Below are positions 52,490 to 62,468 of a stretch of DNA of 64,000 nt, one piece after another. Each line of letters starts with the position of its first letter. The first letter of the stretch is position 1. The notes under the pieces were generated by a model, which did no database searches, had not been told where the DNA came from, and saw nothing but the letters and a program-made list of their open reading frames with translations. Both the position numbers and the translations under genes were made by a program. The stretch is from Candidatus Kapaibacterium sp. (lineage in GTDB: Bacteria > Bacteroidota > Ignavibacteria > Kapaibacteriales > UBA2268): contig OY761611.1 in NCBI GenBank assembly GCA_963664875.1, positions 2,016,001 through 2,080,000 of the forward strand, written 5' to 3'.

Positions 52490-53435
52490 AATAAACCCAA
52501 ATCCCTAATACAAACTTGCGTTTGTGGCAAAAAGTAGCTAACTGTTTGTCTATTTTTATCTTTATAAATATCATTTAGTCGGAAAAATATATATAATATC
52601 ATAGTAAATAGTCCGTGTATTGCCTATATATATTGCATCAGCACTCCATAATATAGAAATTTGTTTTCAGTAATTCCTTAATTAGATGTGCATCTTACGC
52701 TTAAACACTAGATGAGGAGAGGAGACAAAGCGTTTTTTTTTCTTTTTCTTTGGTTTCCGTTTCTTTTTCTTTTTTATCGCAAAAAAAAGAAAAAGAAATG
52801 GAAAAAGTAACACCAATCTCTTATTTATATCACCTGTAAAGGAAAGTCTTGCCGCCCTTACAGGGCTCTGTTTACTCAATACTTACAACCGTCCCATGGC
52901 GCTGCCATGGGCTATTATCTATCAGCCTTTCAGGCTGAAAATATATTCTTATTAACCAACATTATTCACCTGCAACGTTTAACTAATAAACTCAATATGG
53001 TTTAAAATAATAAAAATTTTTCTTCATATCGTTGTCTTTCATTCTAATAACTACTTACTTGCAATTAGTTAGATGGAAAATGTCATTAGAAAAAAAACAA
53101 TTGTAGATTCTATACATAAGTGTCTGCTACATTTGAACACCCCGTCACGTCTTCGACGTGCCACCCCTCTTTGAAAAGAGGGGAATTTTGATTCCCCTTC
53201 TTGGGAAGCGTCGTGCTGAGCTTAAGTTTACACTGAGCAGCGCCGAAGTGAAGTAAAGGGGTGCCCGAAGGGCGGGGCGATGCACTGAGCTTGCCGAAGT
53301 GTAGTTGACGCTTTATGATTATAAACTTACTTAAAAATGGTAAGCCAATCTTACTCATTTGACAACCTTTTTAATGTCATAACTCAATATAAAATAAGAC
53401 TATAGATTGAGTTTGATTTTTTCTAATGACAAATC
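52490..53435. mobile_element. Non-coding repeated element, copy 2 (conserved 52490-53083, variable segment 53081-53431 with 15-bp TIRs)
   Basis: About 96% identical to 25983-26575; TGTCATTAGAAAAAA...TTTTTTCTAATGACA. Confidence 0.75.
53137..53304. repeat. Nested REP-like palindrome cluster
   Basis: CACCCCG...GCCACCCCTCTTTGAAAAGAGGGGAATT arm (same family as 40525), interrupted by CTGAGC...CGAAGTG units (same family as 60129-60175). Confidence 0.65.
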
Positions 53436-53500
53436 AGGGATAAAAAAACCCGAGCATTTCAACCCGGGCTTCATTAAGTCATGCTATGCATATCCAAGTA

Positions 53501-54820
53501 CTATTTTCCAAATTTTTGTCTTAGCATATCACCGATTTTTGGGGAGCTGATTTCTGCCAACTCGTATCCTACTCTTGCACATGGTTTATCAATTTTGATA
53601 AAGCGGTTCAAATTGATAGGAGTACCAATCACAACAGCATCGCATTGTGTATTGTTGATTGTTGTTTCCAAATCTTTCATTTGTTCATTACCATAGCCCA
53701 TCGCAGGGAGTAATACACCAATTTCAGGATAAATTTCGAATGTTTCGCTGATTTTGCCAACTGTGTAAGGGCGAGGATCAACCAGTTCACTTGCACCGTA
53801 TCTGCGGGCAGCAACCACACCTGCTCCAAGATCCATTTCTCCGTGAGTAAGCGTTGGGCCATCTTCCACAACAAGCACTTCTTTTCCGCGGATAAGCTCA
53901 GGTCTGTCAACTACGATAGAAGAAGCAGCCATAACTACTTCAGCCGTCGGGTTGTATTCTCTTACGTTATCTAAGACATGTTCGATATCTTCAGGGTATG
54001 CAGAGTCAATTTTGTTGACTACAATAACATCTGCCATTCTAAGGTTCACTTCGCCGGGATAGTAAGCGATTTCGTGTCCCGGACGCAATGGGTCAACCAC
54101 AACGATATTCAAATCAGGTTTATAGAAACTCATATCATTATTTCCGCCGTCCCAGACGATAACATCTGCTTCTTTTTCAGCTTCACGAAGGATGGCTTCA
54201 TAGTCCACACCAGAATATATAACGCTGCCCATAGCGATGTGTGGTTCGTATTCTTCCATTTCTTCGATAGTACATTTATGTTTCACAAGGTCATCTAACT
54301 CAGCAAAACGTTGAACTTTTTGAGCTTCTAAATCACCATAAGGCATTGGATGGCGAACAGAAACTACTTTTTTGCCCATATTGATCAACTGGCGAACAAC
54401 TTCGCGAGTTGTTTGTGATTTGCCACAACCGGTACGCACTGCACAAACAGAAACAACAGGTTTGGTTGATTGAATCATGGTTGGGCAAGAGCCCATCATT
54501 GAAAATTTAGCACCGGCAGCCATTACTCGGGAGCCAATGTGCATAACGGTGTCATAAGGCAAGTCTGAGTAAGAAAGTACGCATTCGTGTACTTTATGAT
54601 CTTTGATAATGTTTTCTAATTCTTCTTCGGGCATGATAGGAATGCCTTCAGGGTAAAGCTCACCTGCAAGAGCAGCAGGATACTTTCTACCATCAATATC
54701 AGGAATTTGAGCAGCTGTAAAAGCAACTACTTCATTTGCTTCATTATTACGATACATTGTGTTAAAATTGTGAAAATCACGACCGGCAGCGCCGATAATT
54801 ACTACACGATTCTTTTCCAT
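53501..54820 (-). CDS. COG2403 P-loop protein (arginine synthetase ArcE-like; often annotated cyclic 2,3-diphosphoglycerate synthetase-like GTPase)
   Basis: GAAGRDFHNFN, AVRTGCGKSQT, RHPMPYG, WDGGNND, VEDGPTLTHG, LPAMGY. Confidence 0.85.
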   Translation of the reverse strand: MEKNRVVIIGAAGRDFHNFNTMYRNNEANEVVAFTAAQIPDIDGRKYPAALAGELYPEGIPIMPEEELENIIKDHKVHECVLSYSDLPYDTVMHIGSRVMAAGAKFSMMGSCPTMIQSTKPVVSVCAVRTGCGKSQTTREVVRQLINMGKKVVSVRHPMPYGDLEAQKVQRFAELDDLVKHKCTIEEMEEYEPHIAMGSVIYSGVDYEAILREAEKEADVIVWDGGNNDMSFYKPDLNIVVVDPLRPGHEIAYYPGEVNLRMADVIVVNKIDSAYPEDIEHVLDNVREYNPTAEVVMAASSIVVDRPELIRGKEVLVVEDGPTLTHGEMDLGAGVVAARRYGASELVDPRPYTVGKISETFEIYPEIGVLLPAMGYGNEQMKDLETTINNTQCDAVVIGTPINLNRFIKIDKPCARVGYELAEISSPKIGDMLRQKFGK

Positions 54821-55232
54821 ATAATCTCCCTATAACATATATTAAAAAATCGGAAATGAATGCATCTGATTATTGATTAAACAAGGGCATTGTAAAATCA
54901 TAAGTTAGCAAATTCTATTCATGTTGTTTAATTCTATCAATATATTACCTAAAAATAGTGTAATAAACAAGAAATATTTTTATACTTAATAAAATAATCA
55001 ATATGAATATTTCATATTTCTATTCGGTAATACTAAAAAATTGGGACAGAAAAAATGATTTGGACTGAACAGGAGTGTCAAAAATGCTTAAATATCGTAT
55101 AAGTATTTGTTATATAGAGAGATGTCGATACGATGTAAATCTTAGGAGTAAAAAGACCGAATTATTGTTTTTTTGCAAGGGTGTGATATTTAATGTCGTG
55201 TATATCTGCTAATTCGGTCTTTTAATCAAATA

Positions 55233-55568
55233 TTATTGCTCTAACTTGACTTTTAGCATTTTGGTTGCACCGGTGTCAAATTCTATGTAAGCAGAAAGTA
55301 TCTTATGGTCTGTAGAATCGATTTTAATTTCGACTTTTTCTAAATTTGTAGGAGCTTCAAATTTTTCGGCTTTTACTAAACTGCCTTTGCTGTCGAAAAG
55401 CATTATAGAATTAGCCTTTTGCTCTTTAGCATTTTCAAAAACAATTTTTTCTGCCTTTGTTGTTTTTGCAAATAGCTCCTGATTTCTGCTCTGCTCTACT
55501 CCTTCGGAAGCAAGTATGCCTACGGCGGACATAAGAAGTAATGATATGATTGCTATTATGTGTTTCAT
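55233..55568 (-). CDS. Small secreted protein, weakly T9SS-CTD-like
   Basis: Signal peptide; IMLFDSKGSLVK...TKMLKVKLEQ. Confidence 0.5.
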   Translation of the reverse strand: MKHIIAIISLLLMSAVGILASEGVEQSRNQELFAKTTKAEKIVFENAKEQKANSIMLFDSKGSLVKAEKFEAPTNLEKVEIKIDSTDHKILSAYIEFDTGATKMLKVKLEQ

Positions 55569-55794
55569 CTTATTAGATTATTTGAATAATTCCAAAATTC
55601 TCCAATACAAACATAAGAAGTGATTTGCTAATAAACCAATTTAATTTTATACTAAACTATTGCGATTCAACGACTTAACACAATCTTAACATTTATTGTC
55701 ATTACAAAGCCTGTATTATTGCATTTAAAGGCTATTGTTAAGAGCTGCTCCCTCAAGAAACGGGAAAAATAAATTTTGTGTAAATTCTCAAAGC

Positions 55795-55829
55795 AAAAAA
55801 AAAGCTGCTCAATTTTGGTAGAGCAGCTT
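55795..55829 (-). terminator. Intrinsic terminator
   Basis: AAAAAAAAAGCTGCTC...GAGCAGCTT. Confidence 0.75.
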
Positions 55830-55863
55830 GATCTAAGTTCACTTAGTAAAAGGATTGATATTA

Positions 55864-57882
55864 CTATTTTGCAATAGAAATTTTAAGCATTGTAGTCGCT
55901 TCTGCTGAATCGATACGCAATAGATACATACCATTAGTCAAATCAGGTGCGACAAATTCCATTTTGTTTATGCCTGCTGCAAGAGATACTGTTCCCAAAT
56001 CAGCAATTTTTACGCCTACAAGATCGTATAAGCTAACTTTTGCAGTGGTTGCTACCTCAGAGTTGATTTCTAAAGTTGCTTCGTTTACCATAGGGTTAGG
56101 ATATACTTTTGATTCGCCAAAATTCAAATTATCATTTACAGATGTATCATCATCAAACCAGAAAGTAAAGAAGCCGTCAGGAGCAGTGATAGGATATACA
56201 GTTTCTTTGCCGTTTTTTGTTTTACTTGCAAAGTAGTATTCTATCGTATCTTGATCGCTTGCGGCTGAGAAGTCAACAGCTGTTAAGAAGGTATTGCCGG
56301 TTGGAGCAAGTTCAACTTTCTGCCAATCATTTCCGCTGTTTTTAACTCTAAAGAAAAGATTTGCAACCTCTATGCCACTGTGATTCTCTATTTCAACTTC
56401 AAATTTATATATATTTTTCTCTTTTTGAGCTCCTCTGTAGCTTTTATGTTTATAAAGCACAGGGTTTTCAGCAGGAATTTGCATTGTGATGCAGTGGATA
56501 GCACCACCCATCGGAGCCAAATATCTTGCGTCTATCGGCACTATGTTGTAGCCCGGTAGAATCTCTTTGTATCTTGCGATGGCTTCTTCAGTGTCTTTAG
56601 AGTAGCCGTCTTGGTCGTTTGAAAATGCAGGGAATATAAATGTTTTATTTACAAAGAGACCATTAACAAAACCACGCGCCTGTAAATATTCATTTCCGGA
56701 TTTTGACAAATCAGATACATAAGTACCTTGGTCAGTGTGAGGTAAGAATATTCTATCAACATAGTACGGCGTGCCGTTTGTTGTAGTATAGCCGGCGATA
56801 AGATCCAAATTATTTTGTACGGTTTTGTAGTCTGTACTATTAGACATTACTTCAGGATATTCTGTCGCAATCATAGATTCATGATCATATTGCTTCAAAT
56901 AAATATCAATGTGCCCTGTGCCACCATCATATTGCAAGTGTTGCAAAACAATATTGTTTTTCAAGCCAAGAATTTTTGCCATTTCTTCGTCAACTTTTGC
57001 TTTATTCATTGGCTCTTTGTATTCGTAGAACTGACCAACTTGATCAGCATTATTTGAATACAATACGTTTGAATAAATACCATTTCCAAAACCATCAGTC
57101 ATGAAGTTACCACCTTCGATTTCAACAGGAGAATCATAACGAGGGTAGCCTTTCAATGTAGCCATCAATTCCGGAATTTCGTCATCTAACGGTCTGCCCG
57201 GGTAATATTTGAAATCCGCAAATGCCAAATCATTATTTTGACCATAATAGAATCCCCATGGACCGTAGTCTCTCATCCAAAAACCATTAACGCTATTTTC
57301 TGCAAGGATAAAACGGTGATTGGTTAGTGGCGTGCCAAGAGAAGCCATGTATTGCTTCAAGTAAACGGTATCGCCTGCAGCAAGTTCAGGTATAACTATC
57401 CAAACCTGTGCTTGCTGTTGTATAGCATTAGCAAGTTGCGACCAGATTACCGGTTGCTCGCTATATTGCGGGAACAAGTCCAAAATTTCAAATGCTATAT
57501 CTCTTTCTTCCCATTGTCCTGTCTGTTGGTTAGGATAATCGCCCTTGCCACCATAATAAGGATAAATTTGGTTTGTATCTTTGTCGAAAGAGTAAGAAGG
57601 CCATTGGATCATTACTGCCTGCACTTCTTCGAATTCACCGGGAGTGCGGATGCCTTCAGGCAAAGCGTTTAGTTTGGAGTCTGTTGGTTTTGAGATATAT
57701 TTTGCAGATCTGTGTTCGTTGGGAACTACAAAGTTTTTACTGCGTACATGCTGGTAAGAGTTTTCCCCTTTATCCTGCTGTATTTGTTTTACTTTTTCTG
57801 CGAATGCTGACCTATCCATCGATATCAAATTAGAAGACATCGCTGCTGTTAGTAAGCATGCTAAAGCGATTAGACGTTTCAT
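55864..57882 (-). CDS. Secreted peptidylarginine/agmatine deiminase family protein with T9SS C-terminal domain
   Basis: PGEFE, WMRDYGP, EGGN, TGHID, GGAIHCITMQIP; CTD KVYPNP...LYDLVG...GMYLLRI...KISIAK; start reassigned to 57882. Confidence 0.9.
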   Translation of the reverse strand: MKRLIALACLLTAAMSSNLISMDRSAFAEKVKQIQQDKGENSYQHVRSKNFVVPNEHRSAKYISKPTDSKLNALPEGIRTPGEFEEVQAVMIQWPSYSFDKDTNQIYPYYGGKGDYPNQQTGQWEERDIAFEILDLFPQYSEQPVIWSQLANAIQQQAQVWIVIPELAAGDTVYLKQYMASLGTPLTNHRFILAENSVNGFWMRDYGPWGFYYGQNNDLAFADFKYYPGRPLDDEIPELMATLKGYPRYDSPVEIEGGNFMTDGFGNGIYSNVLYSNNADQVGQFYEYKEPMNKAKVDEEMAKILGLKNNIVLQHLQYDGGTGHIDIYLKQYDHESMIATEYPEVMSNSTDYKTVQNNLDLIAGYTTTNGTPYYVDRIFLPHTDQGTYVSDLSKSGNEYLQARGFVNGLFVNKTFIFPAFSNDQDGYSKDTEEAIARYKEILPGYNIVPIDARYLAPMGGAIHCITMQIPAENPVLYKHKSYRGAQKEKNIYKFEVEIENHSGIEVANLFFRVKNSGNDWQKVELAPTGNTFLTAVDFSAASDQDTIEYYFASKTKNGKETVYPITAPDGFFTFWFDDDTSVNDNLNFGESKVYPNPMVNEATLEINSEVATTAKVSLYDLVGVKIADLGTVSLAAGINKMEFVAPDLTNGMYLLRIDSAEATTMLKISIAK

Positions 57883-58193
57883 GGCTACTGACCACCTTTG
57901 TTGTATTATTGAATATAAAAACATGTTTTTTATCTTTTGCAAATCTCCGTTATGTATATACAAAATCGGAGACTAAAAGTTACAAGCCTATACAGATTTA
58001 TTTTAGCTTTTTAATTACAACTCTGAAAAGCCAAAAGGACTGTGCAAAAATACAACCCTTTCTTATTATAGCATCAAAAAATAAATTAGATACTGTATAA
58101 GTTTTGATAGTTTTGTATTTTGGTATATTGTTTAGACTGCAAAAAATCAGATAAGTTTAAAATAGATATAGTAATTATTTAAGTGAGGATAAT

Positions 58194-59981
58194 ATGTCCT
58201 GGAAAAAAAGAACCGTTACCTGCGGCGCTTTGAGAGAAGCTGACGAAGGAAAAAAAGTTATTCTTAACGGTTGGGTTGCTTCGCGCCGCGATCTTGGCGG
58301 TCTGTATTTTATCGACATGAGAGACAGATACGGCATCACTCAAGTTGTTATAGAGCCGGAGTTTACTCCTGAGCTTTCTGAAAAAGCTAAAGAAATCAAA
58401 TCTGAATTCGTTTTGTGGGTAGAAGGTACTGTAAGAAAACGCTCTAACCCGAATGCAAATATCCCTACAGGTCTTGTAGAACTTGTTGTTACGGATTATG
58501 GTGTAATCAATCAGTCTAAACTTCCACCATTTGAAATTTCGGACAGTGTGGACATCAGCGAAGAAATCAAATTGAAATACAGATACTTAGATCTTCGCAG
58601 ACCTAAAATGCAGAAATACCTTATTACTCGTAATAAATTATCTCAAATCATGCACAGATATTTCGAGAAAAACGACTTTGTCGAAATCGAAACTCCTGTG
58701 CTTATGAAATCTACTCCTGAAGGCGCACGCGACTTCCTTGTGCCAAGTAGAATCAACAAAGGTAAATTCTACGCTTTGCCGCAAAGCCCTCAGATCTATA
58801 AGCAAATCCTTATGATGTCAGGCTATGACAGATATGTGCAAATTGTAAAATGCTTCAGAGATGAAGATTTGCGTGCTGACCGTCAGCCTGAATTTACTCA
58901 GATAGATATCGAGATGTCATTTATCGACCAAAATGATATAATGGCTCTTATCGAAGGCTTTATAAATGAAGTATGGAAAGAGATTTTAGGAATGGATATT
59001 CCTGAAACTTTCCCTCGCATGACTTACCACGAAGCTATGACAAGATTTGGCTCTGATAAGCCGGACTTGCGCTTTGATATGGAAATCATTACTTTGAATG
59101 AGATAGTTAAAAATGCTGAATTTGCTGTATTTTCTGATACTTTGGCAAATGGTGGCGTTGTTGCAGCTATTAATGCTAAAGGATGTGCTGCTTACTCTCG
59201 CAAGCAAATAGACAACCTTACAGACTATGCTAAAAAGTATGGTGCAAAAGGTCTTGCATGGATGAAATTTGAAAACGGCGAAGTAAAATCACCTATCGCA
59301 AAATTCCTAAAAGAAGAAGAAATCACTGCTATCAAAGAAGCAATGAAAGCTGAAGAGGGTGATTTAATTCTTATTTCTTCAGACGCATGGACTCGCTGCT
59401 ACACTATCCAAGGTGCTTTGCGTCTTGAAGTAGCACGCCAGTCAGGAATCATGGATTCCGTTAAAGGCAAGTATGCATTCAGCTGGGTAGTTGACTTCCC
59501 TCTTTTGGAGCATGACGAAGAATCTAACAGATATATCGCTATGCACCACCCATTCACTCAACCTAAAGAAGAGCATCTTGATCTAATGGAAACAGCTCCT
59601 GAAAAAGTAAACGCAGTTGCTTATGACTTAGTAATCAATGGTGCTGAAGTAGGCGGTGGTTCTTTAAGGATTCATGACTCAAACGTACAGGCAAAAATGT
59701 TCAAATTACTTGGTATGACAGACGAAGACGCAAGAGAAAAATTCGGCTTCCTGCTTGATGCTTTACAGTACGGCGCACCTCCACACGGCGGTGTAGCTCT
59801 CGGTATGGACAGATTAGTGATGACACTTACAGGCACTGAAAACATCAGAGACGTAATCGCTTTTCCTAAAACCACAAGCGGCCTTTCACTAATGGACGGC
59901 GCTCCTTCTTTCGTAGATGAAGCCCAGCTCACAGAGCTTGCTTTGAATCTAATCAAAAAAGAAGTAGAAGAGAAAGAATAA
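58194..59981 (+). CDS. aspS: Aspartate--tRNA ligase
   Basis: RRDLGG, STPEGARDF, ALPQSPQ, CFRDEDLRADRQPEFTQID, PPHGGVALGMDR. Confidence 0.98.
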   Translation: MSWKKRTVTCGALREADEGKKVILNGWVASRRDLGGLYFIDMRDRYGITQVVIEPEFTPELSEKAKEIKSEFVLWVEGTVRKRSNPNANIPTGLVELVVTDYGVINQSKLPPFEISDSVDISEEIKLKYRYLDLRRPKMQKYLITRNKLSQIMHRYFEKNDFVEIETPVLMKSTPEGARDFLVPSRINKGKFYALPQSPQIYKQILMMSGYDRYVQIVKCFRDEDLRADRQPEFTQIDIEMSFIDQNDIMALIEGFINEVWKEILGMDIPETFPRMTYHEAMTRFGSDKPDLRFDMEIITLNEIVKNAEFAVFSDTLANGGVVAAINAKGCAAYSRKQIDNLTDYAKKYGAKGLAWMKFENGEVKSPIAKFLKEEEITAIKEAMKAEEGDLILISSDAWTRCYTIQGALRLEVARQSGIMDSVKGKYAFSWVVDFPLLEHDEESNRYIAMHHPFTQPKEEHLDLMETAPEKVNAVAYDLVINGAEVGGGSLRIHDSNVQAKMFKLLGMTDEDAREKFGFLLDALQYGAPPHGGVALGMDRLVMTLTGTENIRDVIAFPKTTSGLSLMDGAPSFVDEAQLTELALNLIKKEVEEKE

Positions 59982-60171
59982 TATTTAATCTATATAGTGC
60001 AGGGGAGCTCGCTCCCTTGTGCTGTATTATTTATAGTAAATCAGACTCCTTTCTACACAAAATAGTCAGTGTGCATTTTGAAGTGTTCGTACATTTCAGC
60101 TAGTATTTGTTTGCAGTCCATACTGTTGCACTTCGATAGTTTGCTCGGCATAAACTAAGCTCAGCACATCG

Positions 60172-60314
60172 CTCAACGAGGTGAATTTTCTTTTAAGCGT
60201 GGCAGACTATAGTTTTCTCTATATTTATAATCTGCAAAAGTTAGTCCCGGTTACTGAGCCTGTCGAAGTACCAAGGTAGTCAGTTAGTTCGTATTGTTTG
60301 TGACCGATTTGGCG
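60172..60314 (-). pseudogene. Rhs-core stub C2 interrupted by a REP and followed by the start of a REP-doublet arm
   Basis: Minus strand CGCCAAATCGGTCACAAACAATACGAACTAACTGACTACCTT[GGTACTTCGACAGGCTCAGTAACC]GGGACTAACTTTTGCAG...CCACGCTTAAAAGAAAATTCACCTCGTTGAG. Confidence 0.82.
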
Positions 60315-60396
60315 AAAAAAAATATTTAGTCAGCTAAGCTAAGTATAATAAATGGACTTGTATTCTTTATTATACTGTTTAGAACAGCAAAGAAAC

Positions 60397-61200
60397 TTAG
60401 ATATAATCATCATTATTCTTTACTGGAATCAAATCATCCCATTTAACTTGTTTGTCTTCAAGTAAGATATTTTTAAGTTCATTGTTGAAATAGATCTTAT
60501 TATATGCAAGCCAACCTTTTCCATATATCTCTGCTGATCTTACTATTGGAAGAGTGACTTTTTCTTTAAATGGCGGAATAAAATCATCTATAATTGGATT
60601 AAATTTCTTTGTCCCACAAACTTCACATGTTTTTTCTAAATATTTCTCAATGTCAATTGGGAATTTTAATCTGGGAATTTCAAGCTGTACTATCTCTTCA
60701 AAAGGAATATCCTTTTTATGATTAATAACTTCTCTGTTACCTATACCAAGTGGTTCTAATCTTTTTGTGTAATATTCTTTCTCAACAAAAATTGCATCAT
60801 ATTCCCAAGTTGTCGTAAAAAACTTATTTTTTTTCAGCGAAGGTATTTTTGATAATCTAAAGGGATTGATTTGGTATTTCAGAGCTTTACAACTTGGACA
60901 TAGTTTATTATCATAAACTATTGTTTTATAAATAATATTATTATCAGGCATAGGAAACCCATACTCTCTAAAACCGCCATATTCTACATATCGAGCCTCT
61001 AATACTTCTGGTTTTGTAAATTGTGCAATAATTCTGATTCGTGATTTTTCTCCTGTCATTAAAATATCTTCGTGTTCTTTAAAAAACATCAAAGGAACTT
61101 TTATGAAAGAATTATTTTTAAATTTAATACCATGAGACTGAATGAATATAATTTTTTTTTCTATTTCATGACGAGTATATACTATAACTACTTTTTCCAT
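60397..61200 (-). CDS. Probable immunity protein with two CxxC motifs
   Basis: ATG 1 nt after the toxin stop; CPSCK and CEVCG. Confidence 0.7.
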   Translation of the reverse strand: MEKVVIVYTRHEIEKKIIFIQSHGIKFKNNSFIKVPLMFFKEHEDILMTGEKSRIRIIAQFTKPEVLEARYVEYGGFREYGFPMPDNNIIYKTIVYDNKLCPSCKALKYQINPFRLSKIPSLKKNKFFTTTWEYDAIFVEKEYYTKRLEPLGIGNREVINHKKDIPFEEIVQLEIPRLKFPIDIEKYLEKTCEVCGTKKFNPIIDDFIPPFKEKVTLPIVRSAEIYGKGWLAYNKIYFNNELKNILLEDKQVKWDDLIPVKNNDDYI

Positions 61201-61201
61201 T

Positions 61202-62275
61202 TTACTTTCCAATTTTATCAAGATATTCTAATAATATATTTTTTACTTCTGGCAATTCTTTATGAATTTCTTCTACGGCCTCCCTAAGATCTTCTGCAGA
61301 GAAATTTTTAGTATGCGGTAGATCTTTTGCATTCTTTCTACCTATCCAATTTACCCATACTTTGTTAAATTCCTTGTGTTCATCCCCAGTTAAAACAATG
61401 CAAGGTATATCATCTGCAGAAACTTCAAGAAATTCAGCAAATCTTTTTTCAATTAAATGATGTACTTCCAAACCTTTTATACCACTTTTATCAGCCGCCT
61501 CTCTAAGAACTTTATAAGTCCCTATCCCAAAATCATCAGCATATCGAAAAACTTTCAATCCTGTGCCAGCACCTTCTCTAATAATTAGTCTAGCAGTTTG
61601 TCGTACTGTACCTTTTACACAAGTTAATGGAAGAGCTGCTAATTGAACATTTCCTGATATTTCTGATATATCTGTAGCAATTTCTCTTTGAGCTGGTGGA
61701 AGATAAGAATATTCTGTTATTTCTCCTAAGAGTCCCCAAGTTGCAAACTCACTAAACGTAACACTGATGGAAGCATAAAAACCGTTTACGAAAGAAAGTC
61801 TTCTTTCAAATTCAGCCATTTTTTCATCATATACTCTTTTCTTTTCGGCTTGTTCTGCTTCATATTCAGCTCTTTCTTCATCTGTTCGATGAGCTTCTAC
61901 AACTGCTTTTCCTTTAGTGACACTCCACTTCTTCCCCCCTATATTTACAAATTTACTCCCTTCATGATCAATTTCATCTCCTGTTTCATAATCGGCAGGG
62001 TTATAAGTATCCGCAGGGTTGGTTTCCGCAACTAACCCCAAGGGATCCATAAAAAATATTGGATTATTATTAAATGTCGAATAAGCAGACTGATTAGAGA
62101 AAAAAGCACCCATTGGATCCAAATTCCACCTCCTCGCAGTCCGCGAGTCATACATCCAAAACATTGCATGATAGCTATTCCCCAATCCCGCTATCTCATC
62201 ATCACGCTCCATGCCATTGAATCCGAAGCGAGCTAATGTGCTGCCATCCTGATAGTAGTTATCCGGCACTAACAT
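61202..62275 (-). CDS. Orphan Rhs core-tip + C-terminal toxin (HNH/AHH-like nuclease), N-terminally truncated
   Basis: RFGFNGMERDDEI, MYDSRTARRWNLDP, NNPIFFMDPLGL; toxin motif LEVHHLIEKRF...IVLTGDEHKEF. Confidence 0.85.
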   Translation of the reverse strand: MLVPDNYYQDGSTLARFGFNGMERDDEIAGLGNSYHAMFWMYDSRTARRWNLDPMGAFFSNQSAYSTFNNNPIFFMDPLGLVAETNPADTYNPADYETGDEIDHEGSKFVNIGGKKWSVTKGKAVVEAHRTDEERAEYEAEQAEKKRVYDEKMAEFERRLSFVNGFYASISVTFSEFATWGLLGEITEYSYLPPAQREIATDISEISGNVQLAALPLTCVKGTVRQTARLIIREGAGTGLKVFRYADDFGIGTYKVLREAADKSGIKGLEVHHLIEKRFAEFLEVSADDIPCIVLTGDEHKEFNKVWVNWIGRKNAKDLPHTKNFSAEDLREAVEEIHKELPEVKNILLEYLDKIGK

Positions 62276-62430
62276 CCCAAAGGGACGCGTCCCAAGGGAT
62301 AGTAATCATTTTTTGAAAGAACTTTTAAGCGTGGCAGACTATAGTTTTCTCTATATTTATAATCTGCAAAAGTTAGACGCACATTGCCAAGGTGGTCAGT
62401 TAGCTCGTATTGTTTGTGACCTATTTGGCG
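62276..62430 (-). pseudogene. Rhs-core stub B2, upstream part, out of frame with the toxin because of a 14-bp insertion
   Basis: RQIGHKQYELTDHLGNVRLTFADYKYRENYSLPRLKVLSKNDYYP; extra CGCGTCCCAAGGGA at 62286-62299 relative to stubs A1/B1. Confidence 0.82.
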
Positions 62431-62468
62431 AAAAACATCTCAAAACCTGCTCCATTCCCCTCAAGAGG

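Noticed and set aside
55000-55018. Palindrome AATATGAATATTTCATATT upstream of the ArcE-like gene as an ARG box
   Set aside because: Spacing does not fit TGAAT-N4-ATTCA, and such palindromes are common in AT-rich DNA
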